Part shown: in pieces, positions 10,697-18,943 of the stretch
Layout: each line of letters opens with the position of its first letter
Position numbering within the stretch: position 1 is the first letter of the stretch
NCBI GenBank assembly: GCA_012719535.1
Contig: JAAYAC010000146.1
Span: 10,337-74,336 of the forward strand
Direction of reading: 5' to 3'
Length of the DNA: 64,000 nt
Source: Syntrophomonadaceae bacterium
Lineage (GTDB): Bacteria; Bacillota; Syntrophomonadia; Syntrophomonadales; Syntrophothermaceae
Made by a program: the position numbers and the translations under genes
Notes under the pieces: model-generated
Seen by the model: only the letters and a program-made list of their open reading frames with translations
Told to the model about the DNA's origin: nothing
Databases searched by the model: none

Positions 10697-11386
10697 TCAC
10701 TCGGTCCCGATCTCTTCAGTAGAGCGGAATACACACCTGCCGGCCAGGGGACAGGCAGCGCAACGGGGAGAACGGGACAGGCAGACACGGTTGCCCAGAG
10801 CGTCAATAAGGGCATGATATTCGTTGAAGATATAGTTATCCAGCGGTAAATGACGGGTAAAAAAGCCCTGCATCTCATCGTAGCCAACATTTTCCGCCAG
10901 GTAGCCCAGCCGCGAGAAGATACGGCGGGTGTAGGTATCAACTACAAAAACCGGGTGGTTGGCGGCGTAAAGCAGGATGCTGTCGGCCGTTTCTTTGCCA
11001 ATACCCTTCAGGCCCAATAGCTTGGCGCGCAGTATTGGGGTTTCCAGGCGGAAAAGCCGGTCCAGGCTCCCACCGAATTCGTGTTCAACCATTCCCACAA
11101 AATGCTTCAGCCGGGCCGCTTTCTGGTTGTAGTAGCGCGTAGCCCTGATCAGCGTGGCCAGTTCTTCGACCGGCACCTTGACCAAACCTTCGATTGACAG
11201 CAGGCCCCGAGCTTTGAGATTGTTAATGGCCTTCTCCACATTCCTCCAGGCAACATTCTGGGTGAGAATAGCCCCTACCGCCACCTCCAGCGGCGTTTCT
11301 CCGGGCCACCAGCGTCTGGGCCCGAAGTGATCCAGGAGTTCGTGAAAGATGTCCATCAATTCCTGGCGCAGGTTCTTGCGTACCAC
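10697..11386 (-). CDS. endonuclease III-related HhH-GPD protein with a 4Fe-4S cluster loop
   Basis: Translation contains ILTQNVAWRNVEKAINNLK, the HhH region LLGLKGIGKETADSILLYA and a C-terminal Cys cluster CLSRSPRCAACPLAGRC. The GTG at 11386 has GGGAGG 6 nt upstream. The ATG at 11356 is an alternative start. Confidence 0.8.
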   Translation of the reverse strand: MVRKNLRQELMDIFHELLDHFGPRRWWPGETPLEVAVGAILTQNVAWRNVEKAINNLKARGLLSIEGLVKVPVEELATLIRATRYYNQKAARLKHFVGMVEHEFGGSLDRLFRLETPILRAKLLGLKGIGKETADSILLYAANHPVFVVDTYTRRIFSRLGYLAENVGYDEMQGFFTRHLPLDNYIFNEYHALIDALGNRVCLSRSPRCAACPLAGRCVFRSTEEIGTE

Positions 11387-11443
11387 GGTAAACCTCCCGA
11401 AAAAAAGCAACCCCGGTCGTAATAACCGGGTATGCGTCTTCTC

Positions 11444-11518
11444 TGGAGCCGACGGTCAGATTCGAACTGACGACCTGTCGATTACGAATCGACTGCTCTA
11501 CCACTGAGCCACGCCGGC
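11444..11518 (-). tRNA. tRNA-Thr (anticodon CGT)
   Basis: Minus strand reads GCCGGCGTGGCTCAGTGGTAGAGCAGTCGATTCGTAATCGACAGGTCGTCAGTTCGAATCTGACCGTCGGCTCCA. It folds as a cloverleaf with a 7-bp acceptor stem, anticodon loop TTCGTAA, a GTTCGAATC T-loop and an encoded CCA. Confidence 0.93.
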
Positions 11519-11558
11519 GATTATTATTTATATACAGACAACTCTAGCTCCGTCCATC

Positions 11559-11588
11559 ATATTAGCAGGGAATATCGTCTTTTGTCAA
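11559..11588 (-). promoter_or_regulatory. candidate sigma-A promoter for tRNA-Thr
   Basis: TTGACA (11583-11588), an 18-nt spacer ending in TGC, then TAATAT (11559-11564), about 40 nt upstream of the tRNA 5' end. Confidence 0.45.
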
Positions 11589-11631
11589 CTCCGTACAGCC
11601 GGGGGCAGCGAAGTTCGGAGGCAAACACGGC

Positions 11632-11928
11632 CTATGTTCGACGGGGACCGTCCCCAAGCCTGCCCAGGCTCTGCACAACCATCCCTTCCCCACGTAACAC
11701 GTTGCGGCCTCCGCTGTACAGGCCCACTGCCGACAGGCCGATAATAACCCCTTTCAGGCCGGCCATGAACAGGTCCTCGTTGGGGCCCCTCACTCCCAGT
11801 CCCATCGCAATACCCAGAATAACTGCCAGAATGGGGCAGTAGCGTTTCTTGAGCCCCGCCAGCTTGGCAATCCCCACCAGGGCGTTAATAACCGGTATAG
11901 CCACAACATCATAGAAACTGCCGTTCAA
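11632..11928 (-). CDS. small two/three-TM membrane protein, possibly holin-like
   Basis: 98 aa. TTG start with SD GGAAGGTGA 6 nt upstream. The hydrophobic segments IPVINALVGIAKLAG and ILAVILGIAMGLGV and the charged C-terminus resemble phage holins. The family assignment is from memory only. Confidence 0.5.
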   Translation of the reverse strand: MNGSFYDVVAIPVINALVGIAKLAGLKKRYCPILAVILGIAMGLGVRGPNEDLFMAGLKGVIIGLSAVGLYSGGRNVLRGEGMVVQSLGRLGDGPRRT

Positions 11929-12146
11929 CCCGGGTCACCTTCCTTTGGTTCAGCTACCTAATAGATATGCAACCCTGGGTAGTTATATTGATCGAAGACC
12001 TGTTCCCCCTTTTCCCCCTTATCTGCCTCGAAAATGGTTTGAAACCTCAGAGCCGCGCTTATGAATTGAGAATTGAAGAATTACCAGTTGGCCCCAATAA
12101 CGCTCGCGGATTCATCCTTCTGCTCCTGGCGTGCCGGGCAAGCTTC

Positions 12147-13823
12147 CTATTCCACTCCGAGGTAAGCATGATAGCGCTCCAGCTCCTCGTCTTTCAACTG
12201 GTTCACCAGGGAAACCGCGTACTGGATAATATCCTCCGCTTCTCCCTGGAGCTGTTGGCGTACCAGTTCCGCAAAGGGAACCGCCTCAATACTCTTGATG
12301 ACCTCCGACAGTGGAGTACTGGCGAAGAAGTTGTTAAACATACCCATCAGGTTGTGAAAAAACTCATGGGTCCATTCCTCGACCGCTTCCCGGTCCCGCT
12401 CCAGGCTGGGGAATTTACGAGCACTGTCCGCCGGTTCGGGCTGCAGGGCCGCAATCAGCGATCGGGCCTCCCGGATGGCTCTTTCAACCGCCTGGGGGGC
12501 CGTTCCTCCTGGAAGTTGTCGTTTGTTGATACATCCTTCCAGGGAGATATGGTCATAGACATCCGTGTCCACAAGCTCGCAGAACCCTTTGAATTCTTGC
12601 ATGTCTAGCTCTTCCAGGGATTTCTGGTGTTCCAGGCAGTACAACACCGCCCTGCCGATCACCTCGTGGGCGGTTCGGAAGGGTAATCCTTTGGCTACCA
12701 GGTAATCAGCCAGGTCCGTGGCGTTGGTAAAACCTCCCCGGGCCGCCTCCTTCATTCGTTCCCGGTTAACCTTCATAGTTCGTAGCATCGGCGCGCAAAT
12801 CCTCAGACACTGCTTAAGGGTATCGACCCCGTCAAACAGCGCCTCTTTGTCCTCCTGAAGGTCCTTGTTATAGGCCAAGGGCAGGCCTTTCATCACGGTC
12901 AGTAGTGCCATCAGGTCACCATAGACCCGGCCTGTCTTCCCCCGTATCAATTCGGCAACATCAGGATTTTTTTTCTGCGGCATGATGCTGGATCCGGTAG
13001 CGAAAGCGTCATCCATTTCTACAAAGCTGAATTCCCCGGTCGACCACAGCACCAGTTCTTCGCACAACCGGGAAAGGTGCATCATGGTTATGCTGGCCAC
13101 GCTGAGGAACTCGAGCGCGAAGTCCCGATCGCTGACTGCGTCCAGGCTGTTTCGCGTCAGCTCGGCAAAACCCAACTGCTGGCGAACATAGTCCCGGTCC
13201 AGGTTGAACCCGGTTCCCGCGAGGGCCCCGGACCCCAGGGGCATGACATCCAGCCGGCGGCGGCAGTCGTTCAACCTGCCCAGATCGCGGTAGAACATCT
13301 CGAAGTAAGCCATGAGGTGATGAGCCAGGGTTACCGGTTGAGCTTTCTGTAAGTGGGTATAGCCGGGCATGATGCTGTCCAGGTGCTGGGCGGCCAAATC
13401 AAGCAGGGTCTCTTCCAGAGCGAGCAGTAACTGCTGGACCTCGTCGAGCTGTTCCCTGAGATACATCCTCATGTCCAGGGCCACCTGGTCGTTACGGCTC
13501 CGGCCGGTATGCAGCTTCTTACCGGTTTCGCCAATCCTTTCAATCAGCCAACTTTCTATCTGGCTATGGACATCTTCGGCCGGGGGGCCGAATTGTAGCA
13601 CTCCGGCCTCGATTTCGGCCAGGATATCCTGTAACGCTTCCAGAATGATATCCTTTTCTTCCTCGCTGATTATCCCCTGGCGGGCCAACATGGCGACATG
13701 GGCCATGCTCCCCTGAATATCCTGTCGGTACATCCGCTGGTCGAACGAGATTGAGGCATTGAACTCATCGGTCAGCTGGTCCGCCGGCCGGGTGAATCTT
13801 CCTCCCCACAGTTTCATAAGCAT
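12147..13823 (-). CDS. argH: argininosuccinate lyase with an approximately 95-aa C-terminal extension
   Basis: 558 aa. The fumarate-lyase signature [12 protein letters not shown] is present and the ArgH-like body runs to about residue 460 ([22 protein letters not shown]). The frame then stays open for about 95 more codons. Confidence 0.9.
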   Translation of the reverse strand: MLMKLWGGRFTRPADQLTDEFNASISFDQRMYRQDIQGSMAHVAMLARQGIISEEEKDIILEALQDILAEIEAGVLQFGPPAEDVHSQIESWLIERIGETGKKLHTGRSRNDQVALDMRMYLREQLDEVQQLLLALEETLLDLAAQHLDSIMPGYTHLQKAQPVTLAHHLMAYFEMFYRDLGRLNDCRRRLDVMPLGSGALAGTGFNLDRDYVRQQLGFAELTRNSLDAVSDRDFALEFLSVASITMMHLSRLCEELVLWSTGEFSFVEMDDAFATGSSIMPQKKNPDVAELIRGKTGRVYGDLMALLTVMKGLPLAYNKDLQEDKEALFDGVDTLKQCLRICAPMLRTMKVNRERMKEAARGGFTNATDLADYLVAKGLPFRTAHEVIGRAVLYCLEHQKSLEELDMQEFKGFCELVDTDVYDHISLEGCINKRQLPGGTAPQAVERAIREARSLIAALQPEPADSARKFPSLERDREAVEEWTHEFFHNLMGMFNNFFASTPLSEVIKSIEAVPFAELVRQQLQGEAEDIIQYAVSLVNQLKDEELERYHAYLGVE

Positions 13824-15025
13824 CCCTTCCCGGTTTGTCTTTGCATCATGGCCCTCACCTTGAGGGGCAGGCCGAATAAGGCTATGAACCCTTCGGCGTC
13901 TTTGTGGTTGTAAAAATCATCCTCGCCGAAGGTAGCCAGATCCTGGCGGTACAGCGAATAAGGAGATTCCACCCCCACCGGCGTACAGTTGCCCTTGTAC
14001 AGTTTGACCCGTACCCGCCCGGTAACTGTTTCCTGGGTTTTGTTGACAAAGGCATCCAGGGCCTCCCGTAAAGGAGAATACCACCAGCCGTCGTAAACTA
14101 GTTCGGCGTACAGCAGAGCTACCTGTTCCTTGAAATGCATGGTTTTCCGGTCCAGGGTCACGGACTCAAGCTCCCGGTGCGTCAGATACAGCACCGTCCC
14201 CCCGGGGCATTCGTAAACTCCCCGGGATTTCATACCCACCAAGCGGTTTTCAACCAGGCTGATGATACCAACTCCATTGGCACCGGCCACCCGGTTGAGT
14301 TCTTCGATAAGTTCGACCGGGCCGTACTTCCGGCCGTTAATGCCTACCGGTACACCCTCCTCATACTCGATTTCCAGGTAGGTTGGGTTGTCCGGTGCTT
14401 TTTCGGGCGGCACGGTCAACATGTATAAGTCGTCCGGGGGTTCCTGCATCGGGTCTTCCAGGTTGCCGCCCTCATGGGAAAGGTGCCACAAGTTGCGGTC
14501 CCGGCTGTATATTTTCTCTTTGGTAACCGAAACCGGCACATTATGTTTGCGGGCATATTCTATGGCATCCTCACGGGACTTTATGTTCCACTCCCGCCAG
14601 GGAGCCACTATTCTCAGCCCCGGGTTAAGGGCATGACCGCCGACCTCAAACCTCACCTGATCATTGCCCTTGCCGGTTGCCCCGGGAGCTACAGCAACAG
14701 CGCCTTCTTTCTCAGCAACCTCCACCAGTTTCTTGGCAATAAGCGGGCGGGCAAAAGAAGTTCCCAGTAGGTATTTTCCTTCATAAATCGCGCCGGCACG
14801 CAACACCGGGAAAATGAAGTCCCGGGCAAATTCCTCCCGTAAATCCTCAATGTAGATTTTGCTGGCCCCGGACTTGAGCGCCTTTTCCTCCAGGCCCGCC
14901 AGTTCTTCATTCTGGCCCAGGTCCGCGCACATAGCTATGACCTCATAACCGTAGTTTTCCTTTAACCACGGAATGATAATAGAGGTATCCAAACCACCGG
15001 AATACGCCAGAACCACTTTTTCCAC
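13814..15025 (-). CDS. argG: argininosuccinate synthase
   Basis: 403 aa with N-terminal [12 protein letters not shown]-binding motif. GTG start with SD GGAGGAG. Its 3' end overlaps the argH start by 10 nt. Confidence 0.95.
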   Translation of the reverse strand: MEKVVLAYSGGLDTSIIIPWLKENYGYEVIAMCADLGQNEELAGLEEKALKSGASKIYIEDLREEFARDFIFPVLRAGAIYEGKYLLGTSFARPLIAKKLVEVAEKEGAVAVAPGATGKGNDQVRFEVGGHALNPGLRIVAPWREWNIKSREDAIEYARKHNVPVSVTKEKIYSRDRNLWHLSHEGGNLEDPMQEPPDDLYMLTVPPEKAPDNPTYLEIEYEEGVPVGINGRKYGPVELIEELNRVAGANGVGIISLVENRLVGMKSRGVYECPGGTVLYLTHRELESVTLDRKTMHFKEQVALLYAELVYDGWWYSPLREALDAFVNKTQETVTGRVRVKLYKGNCTPVGVESPYSLYRQDLATFGEDDFYNHKDAEGFIALFGLPLKVRAMMQRQTGKGCL

Positions 15026-15082
15026 TTCGTTTCTCCTCCAATCCCCGTCTCGTAAGCCTGCCTCACAGAAATTTCAAGAATC

Positions 15083-16402
15083 TCAAGCCTGACCCCCGGC
15101 CAAAACCAACCGTCCCAGTTGGGGAGTACCGATTTCCTCCAATCCGTACCTGACTCGTACCGCCGGTTTATTGAGAGACATTACCCGGCGCAGGTCAATA
15201 GGGGTCCCTATTACCACCAGCTCGGCCGGTACACGGTTGATGGTCTCCTCCAGTTCCCTTATTTGTTCTTCCCCGTATCCCATGGCCGGGAGCAGTCTGG
15301 AAAGGTGAGGGTACCTGGTGAAAGTGTCCCGGATAGACCCTATCGCGTAGGGGCGGGGGTCCACCAGTTCTCGGGCCCCCAGCTTCTCGGCCGCTATTAC
15401 TCCGGCCCCGTACCTCATTTCTCCATGAGTAAGGGTAGGGCCGTCCTCGATGACCAAAACCTGCTTGCCCCGAACCTCCTCCGGGCGATCCACGGTGATA
15501 GGCGAGTTGGCCATGATAATCGTCGCCCCCGGATTGAGTTTTTGTATTGAGGCTCGCACATGCTCCACTTCCACAGGGTCAGCCGAGTCGACCTTGTTTA
15601 TTATAGCGATGTGGGCCATACGCAAATTCGTTTCACCTGGATAGTAAGTAGTTTCATGTCCCGGCCGGTGTGGATCCACCACTACGATGTGAACATCGGG
15701 ACGATAGAATGGAATATCGTTGTTGCCCCCGTCCCACAGGATGGTATCTGCTTCCTCTTCCGCCTGGTGCAGGATGGCCTCGTAATCAATCCCGGCATAC
15801 ACCACTATTCCATTCTCAATATGCGGTTCGTATTCTTCCCTTTCCTCAATGGTGCACCGGTGCCGATCAAGATCCTGCAAACTGGCAAAACGCTGCACCA
15901 CCTGTTCATCAAGCTTACCGTAAGGCATGGGATGCCTGACGATGGCCACTTTTTTCCCAGCTTCGGTCAGTAGCCTGGCTATATAACGCGTAGTCTGGCT
16001 CTTCCCGGCCCCGGTGCGGACTGCCGTAACCGCCACCACCCGGCGGCGGGATTTTAGCATGGTTCTCGCCGGTCCCATCAGCCTAAAGTCGGCCCCGCAG
16101 GCCGTTACCAGTGAGGCCTGGTGCATTACATACTCGTGCGATACATCGCTGTACGCGAAGACCACCTGGTCGGCCCGGTATTCCTTGATGAGCCTGGGCA
16201 GCTCCTCTTCCGCGTAGATGGGAATACCTTCCGGATAGCCCTCTCCGGCCAGGCACGCCGGGTAAACCCTCCCCTCGATATCCGGTATCTGCGTCGCGGT
16301 GAACCCTACTACTTTGTAGGCCGGGTTGTTGCGAAAGTAGGTATTGAAATTGTGAAAGTCCCTCCCCGCAGCTCCCATAATTATGACTTGGTCGACTTTC
16401 AT
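15083..16402 (-). CDS. P-loop NTPase, COG2403 / cyclic-2,3-diphosphoglycerate-synthetase-like family (function unknown)
   Basis: 439 aa from the ATG at 16402, with SD AGGAGGAAG upstream. Walker A motif is VRTGAGKSQTT. The 537-aa ORF in the track is a spurious 5' extension that overlaps the GNAT gene. The family call is from memory of the COG2403 architecture. Confidence 0.75.
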   Translation of the reverse strand: MKVDQVIIMGAAGRDFHNFNTYFRNNPAYKVVGFTATQIPDIEGRVYPACLAGEGYPEGIPIYAEEELPRLIKEYRADQVVFAYSDVSHEYVMHQASLVTACGADFRLMGPARTMLKSRRRVVAVTAVRTGAGKSQTTRYIARLLTEAGKKVAIVRHPMPYGKLDEQVVQRFASLQDLDRHRCTIEEREEYEPHIENGIVVYAGIDYEAILHQAEEEADTILWDGGNNDIPFYRPDVHIVVVDPHRPGHETTYYPGETNLRMAHIAIINKVDSADPVEVEHVRASIQKLNPGATIIMANSPITVDRPEEVRGKQVLVIEDGPTLTHGEMRYGAGVIAAEKLGARELVDPRPYAIGSIRDTFTRYPHLSRLLPAMGYGEEQIRELEETINRVPAELVVIGTPIDLRRVMSLNKPAVRVRYGLEEIGTPQLGRLVLAGGQA

Positions 16403-16442
16403 CAATCTCTTCCTCCTTGTGGTAGGGATATTGGGATTACTC

Positions 16443-16898
16443 TTAACAGCCACATCCTTTCTCTGTCTCGTCAGTATCCCGGGTAAACACCTTAATATCC
16501 CCCCGCAACAACCACCCCGTACACTGATAAAACTTAATAGCGGCTTCGTTGGTGCCAAAAACAAAAAGATGGATCTTCTTAACTCCCAGTTTAGTGAACT
16601 CCTCGGTAACCTTCTTAACCAGAGCCGTACCGCAACCACGTCTCCGGTAGTCGGGGTGTACCGCCAGGTGGTATACATACCCGCGTCGCCCGTCATACCC
16701 CCCCAGAATCGTACCGATGACCCGTGCCCCGTCCTTCAACACCTGACAGGTAGACGGGTTCCTCGCCAGGAACACCTGCAAACGGTCTTCCTCATCCCCC
16801 CAGCCCAACCCCAGTCCCGGAATAGACCTCCACAGGTCAAGCATCGCTTTAATATCGTTGGACTGTGCCGGTTCGGGTACCCAGGAACATCTCCCCAT
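16443..16898 (-). CDS. GNAT family N-acetyltransferase
   Basis: About 151 aa. Acetyl-CoA binding motif is HPDYRRRGCGTALV. The ATG at 16898 has a GGGGGTG SD. The GTG at 16904 is an alternative start. Confidence 0.85.
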   Translation of the reverse strand: MGRCSWVPEPAQSNDIKAMLDLWRSIPGLGLGWGDEEDRLQVFLARNPSTCQVLKDGARVIGTILGGYDGRRGYVYHLAVHPDYRRRGCGTALVKKVTEEFTKLGVKKIHLFVFGTNEAAIKFYQCTGWLLRGDIKVFTRDTDETEKGCGC

Positions 16899-16916
16899 GT
16901 ACACACCCCCGCCGCA

Positions 16917-17864
16917 TCACTGCATTACCAGGGCCATAATTGCCTTCTGAGCATGGAGCCGGTTTTCAGCTTCATCGAATACCACCGAATGCGGCCCGTC
17001 CATGACCTCATCAGTCAGCTCCCGTCCTCGCTTGGCAGGCAGGCAGTGCATAATGATTACATCGTCTTTCGCTGCGGCTACCAGCCGGTTGTTAACCTGG
17101 TACCTGGCAAAGTGCTTCTCTTTTTCAGCAGCTTCCTTCTCCTGGCCCATGCTGGCCCAGACATCGGTATAGATTATATCCGCCCCTTCAACTGCCTCGA
17201 AAGGATCCTCCACCACCCACAGCCTGGCACCGGTGGCCTCGGCGTCCGCGCGAGCCAGGGCCAGTATCTCCGGCTGCGGTTCAAATCCCGGAGGCCCGGC
17301 GACCACCACGTCCATCCCTACCTTGGCTCCGCCAAAAAGCAGGGAATGGCACACATTGTTACCATCCCCAATAAAGGCGCATTTTAAACCCTTGAGGGTT
17401 CCTTTATACTCGAGGGCCGTCAGCAGGTCGCCCATCACCTGGCAAGGATGCAGGAGGTCGGTCAACCCGTTGATTACGGGTATGCTGGCATGATGAGCCA
17501 ACTCCAGAACCTCGTCGTGGTCAAAGGTACGGATCATGATGCCGTCCAGGTAACGGGAAAGCGTTAGGGCGGTATCCTTGATGGTTTCCCCGCGCCCCAT
17601 CTGCAAATCGTTGGGACTCAGAAAGAGGCCGTATCCACCCAGTTGATAGATGCCAACTTCGAATGAAACCCGGGTCCGGGTGGATGGTTTCTGGAAGATC
17701 ATTCCCAGAGTTTTACCGGCCAGTAACGGGTGGGGAATCCGGTCCTTCTGTAAAGCCTTCAGTTGCAGGGCCAGGTCAAGTACCTCGGCTACTTCCGCTG
17801 TACTGTAATCGTGGATGCTGATAAAGTCACGTCCCTTGAAGGCTGGATTAAGCTTAACAGTCAT
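16917..17864 (-). CDS. argF: ornithine carbamoyltransferase
   Basis: 315 aa with the motifs STRTRVSFE, the DxxxSMG-type region (DVWASMGQE) and HCLPA. Confidence 0.95.
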   Translation of the reverse strand: MTVKLNPAFKGRDFISIHDYSTAEVAEVLDLALQLKALQKDRIPHPLLAGKTLGMIFQKPSTRTRVSFEVGIYQLGGYGLFLSPNDLQMGRGETIKDTALTLSRYLDGIMIRTFDHDEVLELAHHASIPVINGLTDLLHPCQVMGDLLTALEYKGTLKGLKCAFIGDGNNVCHSLLFGGAKVGMDVVVAGPPGFEPQPEILALARADAEATGARLWVVEDPFEAVEGADIIYTDVWASMGQEKEAAEKEKHFARYQVNNRLVAAAKDDVIIMHCLPAKRGRELTDEVMDGPHSVVFDEAENRLHAQKAIMALVMQ

Positions 17865-17866
17865 TC

Positions 17867-18943
17867 TTAACTGCCCCCTTTCCGGCTCAAGCTGGTAAGA
17901 AATCCCTGGAATACCCGGATAAACTCCTCTTTATCCTGGGGATGATACTGAACCGAGTAGATGGGTAATCGCTTGTGACAAAGCCCTTCCACGGTATGGT
18001 CATTAAGGTGGCGCCGGGTTATTTCCACGTCTCCGGGCACGTTATCGTCCTTTACCACATAGTTGTGGTGCTGCGCAGTGATACTGACGCGGGTTCCACC
18101 TGTCTCTTTTACCGGATGGTTGGCACCGTGGTGCCCGAAGTGCATCTTTGTGACCTCGAGCCCCAGGGCCAGGGCCAGTATCTGATGCCCCAGGCCTACC
18201 CCGGCTATAGGCAGGTGACCCATAAAATGCTTGACTGCTTCAATTACCGGCATCGCCTGGCGCGGATCCCCTGGACCATTGGAGAAAAACAGCCCGGCGG
18301 CACCGAGTTCCTCCAGGGCCGCTATCGAGGTATCGGCCGGAACCACCACCAGGCGGCAACCGGTTTCCTGCAAGAGTTTCAGCAAAGAACGCTTAATTCC
18401 CAGGTCCACTACCGCCAGCAAGGGACCGCTTCCCTCTATCTTATAGACCCGGGGAGTGCTGGCCGCTTTTATTTCCGGCCAGCCCACCGGTTGCAGTTCC
18501 TTTATCCTGGCCAGTAAGCCATCCGGGTTATCCACGTCTTGCGGCCGGGAGGAGATTATACCCAGCATGCTTCCCTTCTCACGCAGCAGGCGGGTTAACT
18601 GCCGGGTATCCACCTGGCTGATGCCTACCACTTTTTCTTGTTGCAGGTACTCGTTCAGGGTCATTTCCATTTTCCAGTTGTTAGGTTCTTTGCTGACCTC
18701 CCGCACCACCAGCCCGGGGGTGAAGGCCCTGGCTCCTTCCGCCTCAGATGGACTGACACCGTAGTTGCCGATCATCGGGTAAGTGAAAACAACCAGTTGG
18801 CCACTGTAGCAGGGGTCGGTAACAACATGCTGATGCCCTACCATTCCGGTGTTGAAAATCACCTCTCCGCCGGCGACACCCTGGTAGCCGAAACCCTCCC
18901 CTATAAACCGGGACCCGTCTTCCAAAACCAGGATCGCTTTCAT
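17867..18943 (-). CDS. carA: carbamoyl-phosphate synthase small-subunit homologue lacking the glutaminase Cys and Glu
   Basis: 358 aa from the ATG at 18943, which forms an ATGA overlap with the argD stop. Full-length CarA-like sequence, but the nucleophile elbow reads AGVGLGHQ and the His/Glu region reads QYHPQD. Confidence 0.85.
   Translation of the reverse strand: MKAILVLEDGSRFIGEGFGYQGVAGGEVIFNTGMVGHQHVVTDPCYSGQLVVFTYPMIGNYGVSPSEAEGARAFTPGLVVREVSKEPNNWKMEMTLNEYLQQEKVVGISQVDTRQLTRLLREKGSMLGIISSRPQDVDNPDGLLARIKELQPVGWPEIKAASTPRVYKIEGSGPLLAVVDLGIKRSLLKLLQETGCRLVVVPADTSIAALEELGAAGLFFSNGPGDPRQAMPVIEAVKHFMGHLPIAGVGLGHQILALALGLEVTKMHFGHHGANHPVKETGGTRVSITAQHHNYVVKDDNVPGDVEITRRHLNDHTVEGLCHKRLPIYSVQYHPQDKEEFIRVFQGFLTSLSRKGGS

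Noticed and set aside
11967-12608. 213-aa plus-strand ORF overlapping the argH 3' extension.
   Set aside because: The translation looks random, with no motif and no SD. The minus-strand frame, which is continuous with argH, has the more protein-like sequence.
15083-16696. 5'-extended versions of real genes in the ORF track. Examples are the 537-aa form of the P-loop gene, 285-aa truA, 189-aa rplL and rplJ, 127-aa rpsJ and 83-aa infA.
   Set aside because: The extensions overlap upstream genes, lack an SD and do not align with the known N-termini. Internal starts with good SD sequences give canonical lengths.
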